DNA of 60,950 nt, counting the filler, from Platydemus manokwari (Eukaryota), in the NCBI GenBank assembly GCA_037951405.1. It is 5 parts of 5 records of this genome, joined end to end, with 100 filler letters (N's around TTAATTAATTAA, not from the genome) between each part and the next. Parts side by side here need not be neighbours in the genome. Positions count along the whole stretch, not along the records: positions 10,309 to 20,465 come from JBBMOY011141326.1; positions 20,566 to 36,268 come from JBBMOY011251429.1; 3 more parts are not named here. One strand, 5' to 3'. Shown here piece by piece: positions 13,082 through 25,165 of the stretch. Made by a program: the position numbers and the translations under genes. The notes under the pieces are model-generated. The model worked only from the letters and a program-made list of their open reading frames with translations, searched no databases and had not been told where the DNA came from. Within the stretch, counting starts at the first letter, position 1; each line of letters begins with the position of its first letter.

Positions 13082-14492
13082 ATTTCACTATGATTGGGTG
13101 ATTGCTATGCCTGTATGATTGTGTAGGCACACAAATGTTTAAAGTGCTTTAGTAAGGGTTCCAGGGTGTAAATCCGTTTTACTTTTTGCAGAATTTCATC
13201 TCACTCAACAGTAAATTTTAAAAAGCTTAATCTTTATATCGATCTGTGAAAAAACAATTTCCATAAATTGCAAGAAATTGTGGTTTGAATGAAGCACAGA
13301 GGGTGTGCAGAACCCTTGAAAAATTAAATAAAATTTAAACACTGGTGCATTCAAGCATAGGAAATTTGACTTGGTTTTGATAGTTCATATTATTTTCATA
13401 TTATATATTGTACGAATCATTAATCAATGATTTGTGAGTTTAAAGTCGTGCTTATGGTTCAAATCTAAGCTAGTTTATGCAATCAACTAGAAGAACCACT
13501 TAGAATAAATTTAAACTAATCGCGTATTATTGTTTTCGTTCAATTAAAAGTTAATTCTATCATTGGAATGGAAATTATCTGAATTAATCGATAAAAGAAT
13601 AATTAATTTTTAAAATTTTATCATCAAATTTCACTTGAAAGTACCCACAAACTGTTCCGGTATATATTACCTAATCAAGTTGTTAATTATTGTGTATGAT
13701 TGTCGATCATGATTATTATTATTTTCGAATAAATTCGAATTATACACATCGAGAAAAAAATTCAAGTTTGATGTCGGGTTTACGAAAAACAAATTGTGTC
13801 GACTGAAAAATTATACTTATAATAATTTAATGGGATTATAATAGTTATAATCTTTGGGAAAAAATTCCCGGAATACATTTTGGTTTTTTATTAGTGAATT
13901 TTATATCTCTAAATTCCAATACTCCTCCATCAAACATTATTTTTATCAATATTTGAGCTTATCATTTGATTCTAAAGATTATTTTATTATAATTGATATT
14001 TATTGTTTTCATTGGATAGCAGCCATTTCTTTCTGAGAATGTTTTTAATAAATAGAAATGAAATATGGAAGAATCATAAAATGTGAATCTAGCGAATGTA
14101 AAAAAATTAATTCTAAAAATAGAAGACAGGAATTCAGGACAATGAAATTTTAGAAAAATTATTGACTAACTTCAAAATTCTTGGAAAAATGAAATTTATT
14201 TTGAAAAAAATCGAAATAATAATTACCAAATGGAAAATTTGGGTTATAATTTATCAAAACATGAATATTAACATATAAATTTAAGGGGCTAGTATATTTT
14301 GGTTTGTATTATCAAATAAATGCTTTATGAAATCTCTTTCTTCATTTGTAAAGTGGTCTGAAGGTTGGAAGATAATGGTAATTCGGTTATCTTTAATGAA
14401 ATCGCCGTTCCACTATTCAAGGTGTCATTAAATTTCTTTTTTTGATATATTTACTTTTTGTTCAAAATTTATTGAAATTTAATTATCTGATA

Positions 14493-14586
14493 CTCTCTCT
14501 TTCTTTTCCTCTCTCTCTCTTTCTTTTCCAATCTTTCTTTTCCTCTCTCTCTCTCTCTCTTTCTTTTCCTCTCTTTTCTCTTTCTC
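14493..14586. repeat. CT-rich microsatellite / low-complexity polypyrimidine tract
   Basis: Repeated CTCTCTCTTTCTTTTCC units. Confidence 0.85.
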
Positions 14587-14948
14587 CGTATATATATAAT
14601 CATAATCTATTTGCTCCAATAGTAACAACTTATAATTGGCATTAAATTTCAAATATTTGACTTCTTCATTTAATGGTGAAGAGCTGTGAAGTACTTAAAC
14701 CATTAGTGATTAAATAAAGGATAATTAAATGAAATGACAAGCTTTGAGATTCTCAATCGTGTTGTTTGAACTGATTATTTAAAATCTGTTTATTCTAGGA
14801 TCTAAACTAATCCCTCATTGTACGAATTTTTACGTAAATAATCTAATTATCAAATTATTAATACTTTTATCAACTAATGTTAGATAACTTCGAAAATTGT
14901 CTAATGGTTTAATGAGAGCTTTAAGGTAATAATGTACCAATTAAACTA

Positions 14949-15581
14949 CATTATTATTGCTCCTAACTGGCACTTTTGAGGAATTGCAAAAACATGGCGG
15001 TTAAGAGGAGTTATTTTAAAAGAAAAATAATAAAGAAGAACAATTAATCAAACTTTTTATTTTTTATCATCGGATTGTCTAATGTACAAATACTTTTATG
15101 CTTCTTCAAAGCTTCTGAGACTTGAATCAGTCCTTCAGTAGCTTTAAAATCAAACATATCAGGTTGGTCAAAGTATTTTTTTTATGAATTGAATAGCAGA
15201 ATAGAATTCCTTTCTAGAAACACTTACAACGTTATCGGAATATACAGTATAAGATTCAATGTACAGTATTCGTCTTCTTAACCGCCACTCCTGGTGGTTA
15301 GAAGTAAGAATACTGTACTTCAAACTTTCAATTTTTTCAACAACAGTTAGCCTTACATAATTTCGTTTTGCCAAAAATAAGGTCCAATGAAAAATGTTTT
15401 AGAAACAATTAATATTAAAATAACGTTATCGTGTCAAAAATAAAAATGAATCATTAAAATATTTTTTAAACAATGTGGCATTAAACAGAACTGGCAGCTA
15501 GGAGAAGTTTTCTATTATAATTTTTTAAATTTCTAAAAATTTGGTAGTTGGAAGGAGTAGGAGTTAGGAAGAAGAATACTA
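14949..15581 (-). mobile_element. Internally deleted pogo/Tigger-type (Tc1/mariner superfamily) DNA transposon
   Basis: Degenerate inverted termini (TA-CATTATTATTGCTCCTAACTGGCAC ... GGAGTTAGGAAGAAGAATACTA-TA). Minus-strand remnants AKRNYVRLTVVEKIESLKY (HTH_psq/CENP-B-like start) and DFKATEGLI (pogo FKAS.GWL motif). Confidence 0.6.
15264..15315. mobile_element. 52-bp hairpin mini-element (TIRs only) with TA target duplication, nested in the pogo remnant
   Basis: TA-CAGTATTCGTCTTCTTAACCGCCA-CTCC-TGGTGGTTAGAAGTAAGAATACTG-TA. The arms are imperfect inverted repeats resembling the host element's TIRs. Confidence 0.7.
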
Positions 15582-18500
15582 TATGATTATTTAGAAGTCA
15601 TCTCTACAATAATCAATCAATACTATTATTTTGAAATCGTTGAATTTCAATAATTTTACTTATAGAAGAATTAATGAAAATATCAATGACTTTCGAAGGA
15701 CAGCTTCTATACATGATTTATATTGAAAAAGGACGTATTAACTTCAGAATTCGAGAATAAAAAAATAACTCAACTGGTACGATGTTGTTCGAACCATGCC
15801 ACTAAGCTACTACCAAACAATTGGTCAAACACAAAATAAAACGTCAAAAAATCTATCATTTATCATGACAGATTAATCCTATAATATTATGCAAACAATT
15901 AATTAATTTTTTTGTTTATAAATCAATGTCGATTATTGGTTTATTCCATAAAAGAAATGTCAGATTTGATATATAATAACTTTCATTTATCGAAAGGGAA
16001 AATTTTTGGAAAATGCAAGCAACTTTCTCAATATAAAGAATTTTGATTGATTAAAGATCTGTTTGTGTTCATAGACCAGGTGACAAAATGTCTGGACCAA
16101 TGAAATATTCCTCGCTTATGAACTTTATTTAACAGTATAATATTTACTTACACAAACCACACAAGCACACAAAATCTGCTCTCTGTCATTTGAATCAGGG
16201 GAAAAAACGAATTTCCTGGAAAGTTATGGAAATTTTCTTTATGGGATTTTATTCTTGAACAAATGTAAATCAATCCAAAAGAGATTTTGTCAATAAATTG
16301 AAGTTTGAAAGAAGTTTTGTTTGATTAGAATAACGTTATTGGATTATTAATTTGTCGATATTGGTTGCTTATTTGTTATATGTTATGTAATATTTTTCGA
16401 CATTGGTCATTGTAAGATTTGATCATATTGTAACGAAGAGCATCTTAGTAATTTAATTTAATTTAATTTAATTTCCTTATATCTTTGAACAAAGCAACAA
16501 TGCTAATTCAGTTCTTGATATCAGAAATTCATTTTTAAAATTTTATTTTCCAAAATATAATTTCCAATCAATTATTACACAATATTGAGCAATATAATTG
16601 TCGTCACAATTTCCATTAGATTTATTCTGAACACAAAATCAGAGATATTAAAGATTGCAGAAAATTTTGATTGATTATTTAACTTTAAAAGGACATTCAT
16701 ACATTTTTGGCTTTTATTTTTAAGTATTTATCTTAAAGTTAAATTTTCGATTATTATTTTAGTTATACGTGCTGCAGACTTATTAATAAAAATATTTCTT
16801 TGTTTTATGAGCATGCAAAGCATTCTAAATTGGTGGATCCGTGTCGCGTAGAATTGAAATATTATCTACCGACCATCTGTAGCCACAACTCTGATATCAT
16901 TGTGAGATTATTTTTTGGTTTATATCATTGTGAGATTTATTAAAAAATACGACAGATAATTAAAATTTACATAGGATTAAAATAATAAAAAATTTAGCCA
17001 AAAGATATTTTTAAAAAATTATATTAAAAATTAATATAGCATATTAATATTTATAAAAGGATCTTGTTTAAAAAATACTGCTAAACTTTCAGTTTTAAAA
17101 TTGTTCATATTATTAAACATAACATTTAAATGTTAAAAAAAACATGTAATATAAAAATGTGGGTATTTTAATATTTGGATTAAAAATTAAGACAAATCAG
17201 ATGGAAATAAATTTGAATTTAATATTTAAAATTTGTTTGGAAATTGATGTATTGACTAATAGATTTCTTGTTCTATTGTAAACATGACTTTTAATATGAA
17301 TATTAAAAATGAAGAAACTTACTTGAGGCATTCGTTTCTCTCTGTGGATCTCAATATTTTTATGAAATTTCCATGGAGTATCGGAATATGTAAAAATCTT
17401 TTCTAAAAGAACAAAATGCTTAATTAATGATTTGATTATGGTATAATGATTTATTCTGCTAAATTGTGTTATTATAACGTGTATAATTATATATATATAT
17501 CATTATATAAAATAATAATTAATAAATAAAATGCGGAAAAATTAAAATGTTGTCCAAAATTTAGGTCAAATAGTGACTGAGATAGCAATGAGATATGGCG
17601 AGCGTTACTGAAACTAATGCTATATTTTACTATTAAAAACATAAATCAAAAGAATAAACAAAAATAACAACAGTAAAGGGATTAGAAAATCAAGATTAAG
17701 CACACGACTCGAATAGAATTCCATGAATTGACTCCATGAGTTAATAGCACAATAAATCCGACATTAATTTTATGCACATATAACATTAAAAGAAATTTAA
17801 ATACTTTGTTACAATTGTAAAATAATACATTTCACCAAGCATGGATAAACAAAAACGTTTTCAAACAAATAACGTAAATCAAATAATAGGAGAATCAACC
17901 CCTGAATCAAAGAAATATTACAAACAAAGCAGAGTCAGTGCCACAAAAATGAATGGTATTACAGAAAAGATATAATAGACTTTATTTTTTCACATTATTA
18001 AAAACGATTATTTAGGTATTACGCTAAAAGGCCCATATTCTTTTAGACTGAGAATATACGTATTTTCATTTATCCACAAATCTGTGTGAAAGATTATGGA
18101 TTAAATTTTGCTGGTTTTTTTTAAACGTTATTCAAGCGCAACAGGATGAGTACATTTACAATAACTATTTTCGAATAAAAATGCTTATAAAAACCACATT
18201 ATTATCTACAGATTATACAAAATAAAAGACAATCATTTTGATTAATACTTTTATTTGGTTTATAACACAAAGCAAAATAATTAAAATAATTAGTGCGAAT
18301 ACAATTAAGTGATTATCATTTTTCAAAGAGAATAGCAATCGATTGATGATTGAGATTCTAATTATCAATGTATAATTCGTACCGGTATACGGATTTTGTT
18401 CTGGATTATTTTCGTGCATTTTCCTGGTAATTACCCCAATATTATTTTCCAATACATAGATTAAAATAATGAAAGACACTTGAGTTCAGTCAAACAAAAA

Positions 18501-19329
18501 ATTATTAAAATCATTTTACTCTCAATTATATAAACACTCAAAAAAAATTAGTTCAAACGTTATGAGATTTTTATGAAAATAAGTGGGTGGGACGTTGAGA
18601 ACACCTACACCATAAAATTCCTTAATGGTTTTTTAATATAATAACTAAATAAACTTCAATTTTATTACAACTTTGAGCTTTTTCATCCGGTGATATCGTC
18701 TGCTATCGTGTTCTTGAGTAGTAGGGATAATAAGTGTTTCACGAAATACTCTCAAATTTAAAATATTGTGCACCTCCCTAAAAATTCACCAAACACTAGT
18801 AAATATCCAATAAAAATTTTTAAATAAATAATATTAAATCTAATTGTATTAAATCTAATTAGATCTAAAATTTAAAATTGGCGCCTTACCGATCTGCGCA
18901 AGGTCATCAGCATATGCTAAGCAAGAGATTTTGTTATTAACGAATAATTAACCAAACTCTCTCTGAATAAATTTATTAGACATAGAAAATATCTCTCGAT
19001 TAAATTTAATCGAGTAATTAATTTATTCTATGATAGAATTTTCATGAGCGAAAATAGATGACAATTTATTTGTCGCTGTTAATGCGCGATATCTTATTGC
19101 GTATTGATACCTTATAAATTAATTTATTATTTTAAGGAATTTCGAAGGATTTGTTATTGGTGGTTTTATTAGTATTATTATTTTAAGTAATAATAATTAT
19201 TATAAATATCAATATTTCAAACTGGTCTTTTCTCAAAAATTCCAAAGGTTGTCAAAATATTAAAAATACACATTGATTAAATTTAAATTAATACATTAAA
19301 AATCAATACACATTTTAAACGTACTGTCA

Positions 19330-19980
19330 TGCAAATGTATACACATATTTTTCAACGTGAATTAATTGTTGTAAATAACTTGTTGGACCAGAACCTCAGC
19401 ATAACTAGAGACGAAGGGTCCACAATCAATATTGCTGTTCTGACATTATCTTGACTGGTAACTATGAGGAGTAACTGTTATCTCTCATTGAATCAATGAT
19501 TTTCATCCTATGATCTTTATTGTCTTATAAGTTTGTTCGTGTTGTCTTCCTTTTCATGAAATTCTTTAGTAGGTACAATATTCTTCATTTTTCGTTGCCT
19601 TTTTTCTATTGCTTCTTTTGAGGCTCTTAGACCAATAACTTAAATAATTGACTTGCGTAATTGCCACATGTTAGGTCTCGGATGTTCACAATTATCACAT
19701 TTAGTTTGGATATTAATTGTATTGGTGTTTTTGATCAAATTTATTGATAGAGATTTATTTGGGTTCGCCTTTTCCTTGCACTCGATCTGTCTCTTTTTAT
19801 TGTCGATGGTTATCTTCATTTCTTTCATTATTTCTACTTTTCTATCTTTCTGTTTGTGTTTATGTTTCTTGTATATGACTTCTGGGAACCTATCATCATC
19901 AATAAGAATGAGTCTAATGTTCTGTTTACAACTAGAGAATCTCTAATACTTAACAAAGTTGGTAGTCGAATTCTGGTAAG
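19330..19980 (-). mobile_element. Possible degraded retroelement gag-like remnant
   Basis: Lys/Glu-rich broken frames with KCDNCEHPR, resembling the first half of a CCHC zinc knuckle; many stops and frameshifts. Confidence 0.3.
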
Positions 19981-20465
19981 TCAAAGTTAAAATTTAATAT
20001 ATCTTTTCATCATTTTTAAGAATGCCTTTAATTATTATCATAATAATTATTTATCATTAATCCTTTTGATATAAAACCAGTTCACCCAAACTCTAGATAA
20101 AAATTAAATTCAAGATAAATTTACAGCTAACACGCGCATATGGGAACTTTAAGATCATTTTTCTTAACTTGAGCCAAAATTTCATATTAAACTTAAAATA
20201 AATAATTTATTTTAAATATAAATTGAAATTTAAAATGCATTATATAAACAAAAACTCTTACATTTGACAGATTGCTAGAATTCTGTAGAAAAACTTTTTA
20301 AATTAAAAATAATTTTACTTTTTGATTTTAAAACTTCTGTCACTATTCTTAATTTTATTTTTAAATGGATGTGAGTCCGTGAAAATAAATAAAATTGAGA
20401 TATAGTCACGTAAATAAATTTTGTAAAATTTCAAAGCAAAAGGAAATAAAATAAACTTGTATATA

Positions 20466-20565
20466 NNNNNNNNNNNNNNNNNNNNNNNNNNNNNNNNNNN
20501 NNNNNNNNNTTAATTAATTAANNNNNNNNNNNNNNNNNNNNNNNNNNNNNNNNNNNNNNNNNNNN
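20466..20565. other. Assembly spacer (N44-TTAATTAATTAA-N44)
   Basis: Same artificial linker as 10209-10308. Confidence 0.97.
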
Positions 20566-20855
20566 TCCAGAATGAAATAATAAAATCTCGACAGTGAAAT
20601 AAAATATTTAAAGTATGTAATTAACAGTTTATTAATAGATATAAAATTATTCATAATAATATTGTCAATCTATAAATCAATATAATATCAATATTAATAA
20701 TTAAAAATTATTTGTTATCTCAGATGAATAATAATTACAAGGTTATCAGACATCAAAGATCTTGTTAAAATTATTAATATAAAAACTCAAATCAAATGAC
20801 AATCATCAATTTATTTCTCAATAAAATTTTATAATGAGAAAATCATTTATTGAAA

Positions 20856-21795
20856 TCATTTGCAAAGTCCATTTGAACATTTCGTGTTTTTCGGACATTT
20901 AGAACAAGCCGATCCAGTTTCATAAGGAAATTCATTGTTAAAGTTACCTCTGGATATTAGTTATATGATTTTTATAATGAATTTATTTTCGAATTTACCC
21001 GGTTGCATAATTGCAAAACAAATAAATTACATCAAATGATTCTTCTTTACAATTGGAAATTCCACATCCAATTTCACTCGTTTTGGCCCATACCAGCTGA
21101 ATATTGAGGATAGAAAAAATGAAAATATTATTACATGAAATAAATTGGAGTGTGAATATAGATTAAAGTTTAGATAACAAGATAATATAGCCATTATAAT
21201 CAAGTATTTGATAACAATGAATACCTGGGTGTAATGACCACACACACCATTACACGATTGGTCTTCATATGTATAATCATTTACTTCATTGAACCACATT
21301 TGTACACCTCTAGAATAACATAATAAAACAAATTATTATCAATATTTCATTTTAATTTTCAAAACCAACTGAGAAATATTCTTTCCACTAAAATAAGCTA
21401 TGTTTTGTCCAACCCATGAATATTTTCCATACTGTCGGAAATTATCGTCATCATGTTCAAATATACACTTATTGGCTGACTTTTGTGCTTTTGAAGCTGA
21501 TTCACTGTTCCATTTCTATATAAAATTAATATCATTTCTACATACAATGGAAATATTGTTTTATAAATCCATAAATAAAAACAAATAATCAATCAATGAT
21601 ATGAAACGGCTTTAAATTTACCAGTTCTAACATATTAGCGGCCGATGGTTGACGATTAACCTTTCCTTTTGCAACAGCACGTCGAAACTTATTATGGAGA
21701 TCAAGAATTAATTTACGTTGATTTCTAGTCACTCTGCCTTCACAGACATATAAGAGTGAAACTAATATAACTCCAAATACCAATACAATTTTCAT
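20856..21795 (-). CDS. Secreted CAP/SCP/TAPS-domain protein (venom allergen-like / GLIPR1/PI16-like), complete, 5 exons
   Basis: Exons 21795-21622, 21515-21370, 21309-21225, 21096-20999, 20949-20856, all GT-AG and in phase. Signal peptide MKIVLVFGVILVSLLYVCEG, then HNKFRR...QPSAANMLEL/KW...CIFEH...WVGQNIA...MWFNEV..Y...CGHYTQ/LVWAKTSEIGCG...CNYATG/GN...PYETGSACSKCP...CSNGLCK*. AATAAA lies just after the stop. Confidence 0.95.
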
Positions 21796-22731
21796 TATTA
21801 AATTTTTTAAGAAACAGTGCGGTTTTTATATAAAATTATGCTTGGCGTGTTTGAAACAGATTTTAATAATGTTGATTGATTAACAAGTTATTGAAATGGT
21901 TGGGTTGTCTTTTAAATGGATTTCAAATATGAAATCAATTTGTTTAAGATATGTTTTTAATTATTACAAAAAAATCATAAGAGACCATTGGCAATGTCAA
22001 TGAATCTAGTTTCACAATAAACAAAATCGTTTTATCAAAAAAAATTTTAGCAATATTTTTAATCAGTAATGAATTGGCTTTTTATAATTTTATATTTGTG
22101 AAAGTTGCAAACATCATAATTTAAAATTGATGAATAGGATAACGATTAACTGAGATGAAAATAAATATCAAGCTTGAATATTCTAATTTACGATTCTATT
22201 TCGATATTTATTTTTAATAACTATTAAAGAATTTGTTGCCTTTCGAAAAGTTTTTTGATATTGACTTTGGATTTACAAATATTGGAGCATTGGAACTACA
22301 TTAGGAGATGCTAAACTATTAATCTTTACTGAATATTTATTCTTTAAAAATTTTCTGTTTTTCTTTTTTTGAGATAATGGTTATTCGTATTCCTGAACAA
22401 AACATTGATCCTGTGCAGCAGACTTTCACCGATCCAACAAATCAAATATGATTACAAAATAAATTGCATTTATTTTTGTAATTGGAACTATTATAACCTT
22501 GAAGATTGTCTGCCATTGTTAATTGATTTTCTTACTTATTCAATTTATTATCTTTGAGACAAAAGTATAATGTTGCGTAATAAATTTATATAACAGTTGA
22601 TAAATATAGTCATTTTGTTTCTGGAATATGTAAATCTCTAATTGCAAATGAATTTTTCAATTGATAACTACGATTTTTTGAATGAAAATGAATGCAGTGA
22701 AGTAGAAATGAAAATGAATTATGTTCAGTCA

Positions 22732-23491
22732 TGTCGTCGCAGTTTTTGATGAGTTATGGCAATTAATTCTGGATTTATGAAAGTAATGGCGGTAACACAC
22801 ACATTCTGCACACAAACACGTCCACTGCAAAATTCAAGAATTCAATCATCACAAACTCATTTTATCAATACATTCAAGCTAAAAATTCAACATTATGCAT
22901 AAACCTACTCTTCAATCAAGCAATTGCTATGGAGCCCTTCAACAGCTAGCCGTACGAGCGGAGTCGTTTAATATGGTTAGTAGGACGAAATACAAAGAAA
23001 TCCCAAATGATACAAGGACCACAGATTTGAAGATGCAAATTCATGTATCAGTGATAATACAATCAAACTTGCAGAATTTTGCAAACAGTTCAAAAAGATA
23101 AAATGAGAGGTAAAAACAAAAACACTGCAGAAATCCATGGAAATCAGCTTCTTTTATAGACCTATTGGGTGTGTCTACTTGATATCGAGAATATTCGGTT
23201 TTCCATTTGGTGAATTTGTTGGCGGATTTACATACTTGAGATTTTCCTTACATCTCACTCGCCATTGGCGGATATTTGAGCTTGCTGGAGTTTATAGGTA
23301 TGTGCCTGTCGATTCTTAGCATCTAAATATGGATAAACATTAGAACCAATCTGATTGGTTAACGACACTTGTGTTTATCGGGTTTGTGAATTGACCCTTT
23401 TTAGGGTTTTGCCTTGTTTCTTGTGTTCCTTTGATTGATTTGTGATATACCTGACACACACATATATATATTATAGCGATGGTACACGACA
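22732..23491. mobile_element. Candidate solo LTR
   Basis: Bounded by inverted TGTCGT...ACGACA, with higher GC than the flanks. Flanking 5-mers AGTCA/ATTAA match only 3/5, so the TSD is unconfirmed. Confidence 0.4.
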
Positions 23492-23528
23492 ATTAAAAGA
23501 ATGTGGATAACCAATAACAACTCACACG

Positions 23529-23668
23529 TAGGAATTCACCAGTCTCACTCATGCAAAAACTTAAAAACCCAATAGGAACATGAAAAACTCAAGATCGAAT
23601 CAAAATTTGATAAAACATTACACAAAAAATAACACGCAGATCTAGAATATAAATAACGATGTAGAGAT
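23529..23668 (-). repeat. Dispersed repeat, copy 2 (homologous to 12945-13081)
   Basis: The reverse complement aligns by eye with 12945-13081 over ~140 bp. Confidence 0.7.
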
Positions 23669-24439
23669 AACTAGTTGGTTGACATTTTGCAAAATATCAA
23701 GTATAATCACTTGTAAGTCGTACTGAACAGTATGCAATCGAAATAAAGTCTTAGCTTTCTATTTTTGGAGTCAGATTAGTTAATTGTTAAGGAAGATCCA
23801 ATACAACATTTTTAGATGATAAATATATTCTTAGCCAACTAGAATATTTTTTCTGTTCGTTCACTTGCTCTAATTTTATTAACTTTCTATGGCCCTGAAC
23901 TTGTTTTGCCAATTTGTTTGTTTGATTTACAGCTGTTGCTAAACTGCTTGCTATGACTGCTGTACCAACTAAATTAATTAAAATTGCAGAAATTACAATT
24001 AATAAAGATAAGATATTACCTTTGTAAGGGCGATTCGAAAATGTGGTTAGTGATTGCGTAATTACCAGTTGATATTAACCGATTTACCTGTGATTACATC
24101 ATCAGAAATAAGATGATATATAACATCCTAATTGTTATAAATAAATGTTTCTTTATTAAAATTCTAATTGTTAAAAACCTTGTTTTTTCATTTTGTTGTC
24201 TTTCTCAATTTCATTTATTTTTAAATCATTGGTAAAATTATTTTTTCAAATTATTTTCAAATTTTACATCTATTCTTAACAATAAGTTTATAATGATAGG
24301 TTTTGATGGAAACCTGTTGAGTTAGGTTACTTGGTGATTAATTAATAAATCAACGATTTTTCAATCGATATTTCATTATATTTTTAGATGAGAGACCGTG
24401 AGTTAGAGATTGATATTTCCACCAGATTAATAGGTTGCT

Positions 24440-25165
24440 TGTAGATAATATAAATATCAATTACAATAAAAATATGATACAATACTTTATTAAAATAACA
24501 ACTGAAAAATGTGTGTTGCAATAGATTTTAGACAAAAGAAGCTGTCGTGCCCTGAAGAGTTTTATCAGTAATGAAAAACCGCCGGAGGGAACTAACTGGC
24601 ACCCCACTGCGGTATAAAAACTAAAGAAATGTGATTTTATAACTCACAGATTCAGTTTCGACTTTGCGAGGTTTAGTACTCACTGACAACAAATCTCCTC
24701 TCGGAGAATGATATCAGATTGTCTACGAAACAAAAAAATTTACCATTGCAATTTTGGCATTAACGTGCTGAATATAGAAAATTGAATATTTGGTTCACTT
24801 GAGATATATAGTTCGCTGAGTCACGCTGATATTCAGAATAGTATTGAAGTTACGAATATAGCACTGGAGCTTGAATATAGCTCTGAAGCTTTGAATATAG
24901 CACCGAAGCTTTGAATTAGTTTAGTTTTGTGTCGAAAATACTGAAATTTAATTCAGTATTTATAGTGATTTGGGATGTGGGCACTTGATTAATTTTATAT
25001 TTAATTTGTTAATTCCCTTGGCAATATTCACCGTTGTCATGGAAATTTGAATTTAAATTTGAATTTCTATGACTATGCTTATAAATGCCTAAGCAACTTG
25101 GATTAATAATCATTTTTCAAAAAATCTATGGTTATTATTAATATAATTTCGCCCACACACCTACA
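24440..25165 (-). mobile_element. Candidate solo LTR with internal tandem repeats
   Basis: Inverted termini TGTAG...CTACA. On the minus strand: TATAAATA (~24957-24964), three 19-20-bp tandem units (24854-24912), then AATAAA near the far end, giving a U3-R-U5-like order. TSD degenerate (TTGCT/TTTCA). Confidence 0.55.

Noticed and set aside
14442-14645. Leu/Ser/Phe-rich 67-aa ORF
   Set aside because: Artefact of the CT microsatellite.
16894-16937. Direct repeat ATATCATTGTGAGATT x2
   Set aside because: Only two copies with a short spacer; ordinary local duplication.
24854-24912. Three 19-20-bp direct repeats as a possible CRISPR-like array
   Set aside because: Head-to-tail with no unique spacers, eukaryotic context, no cas genes; part of an LTR-like repeat.
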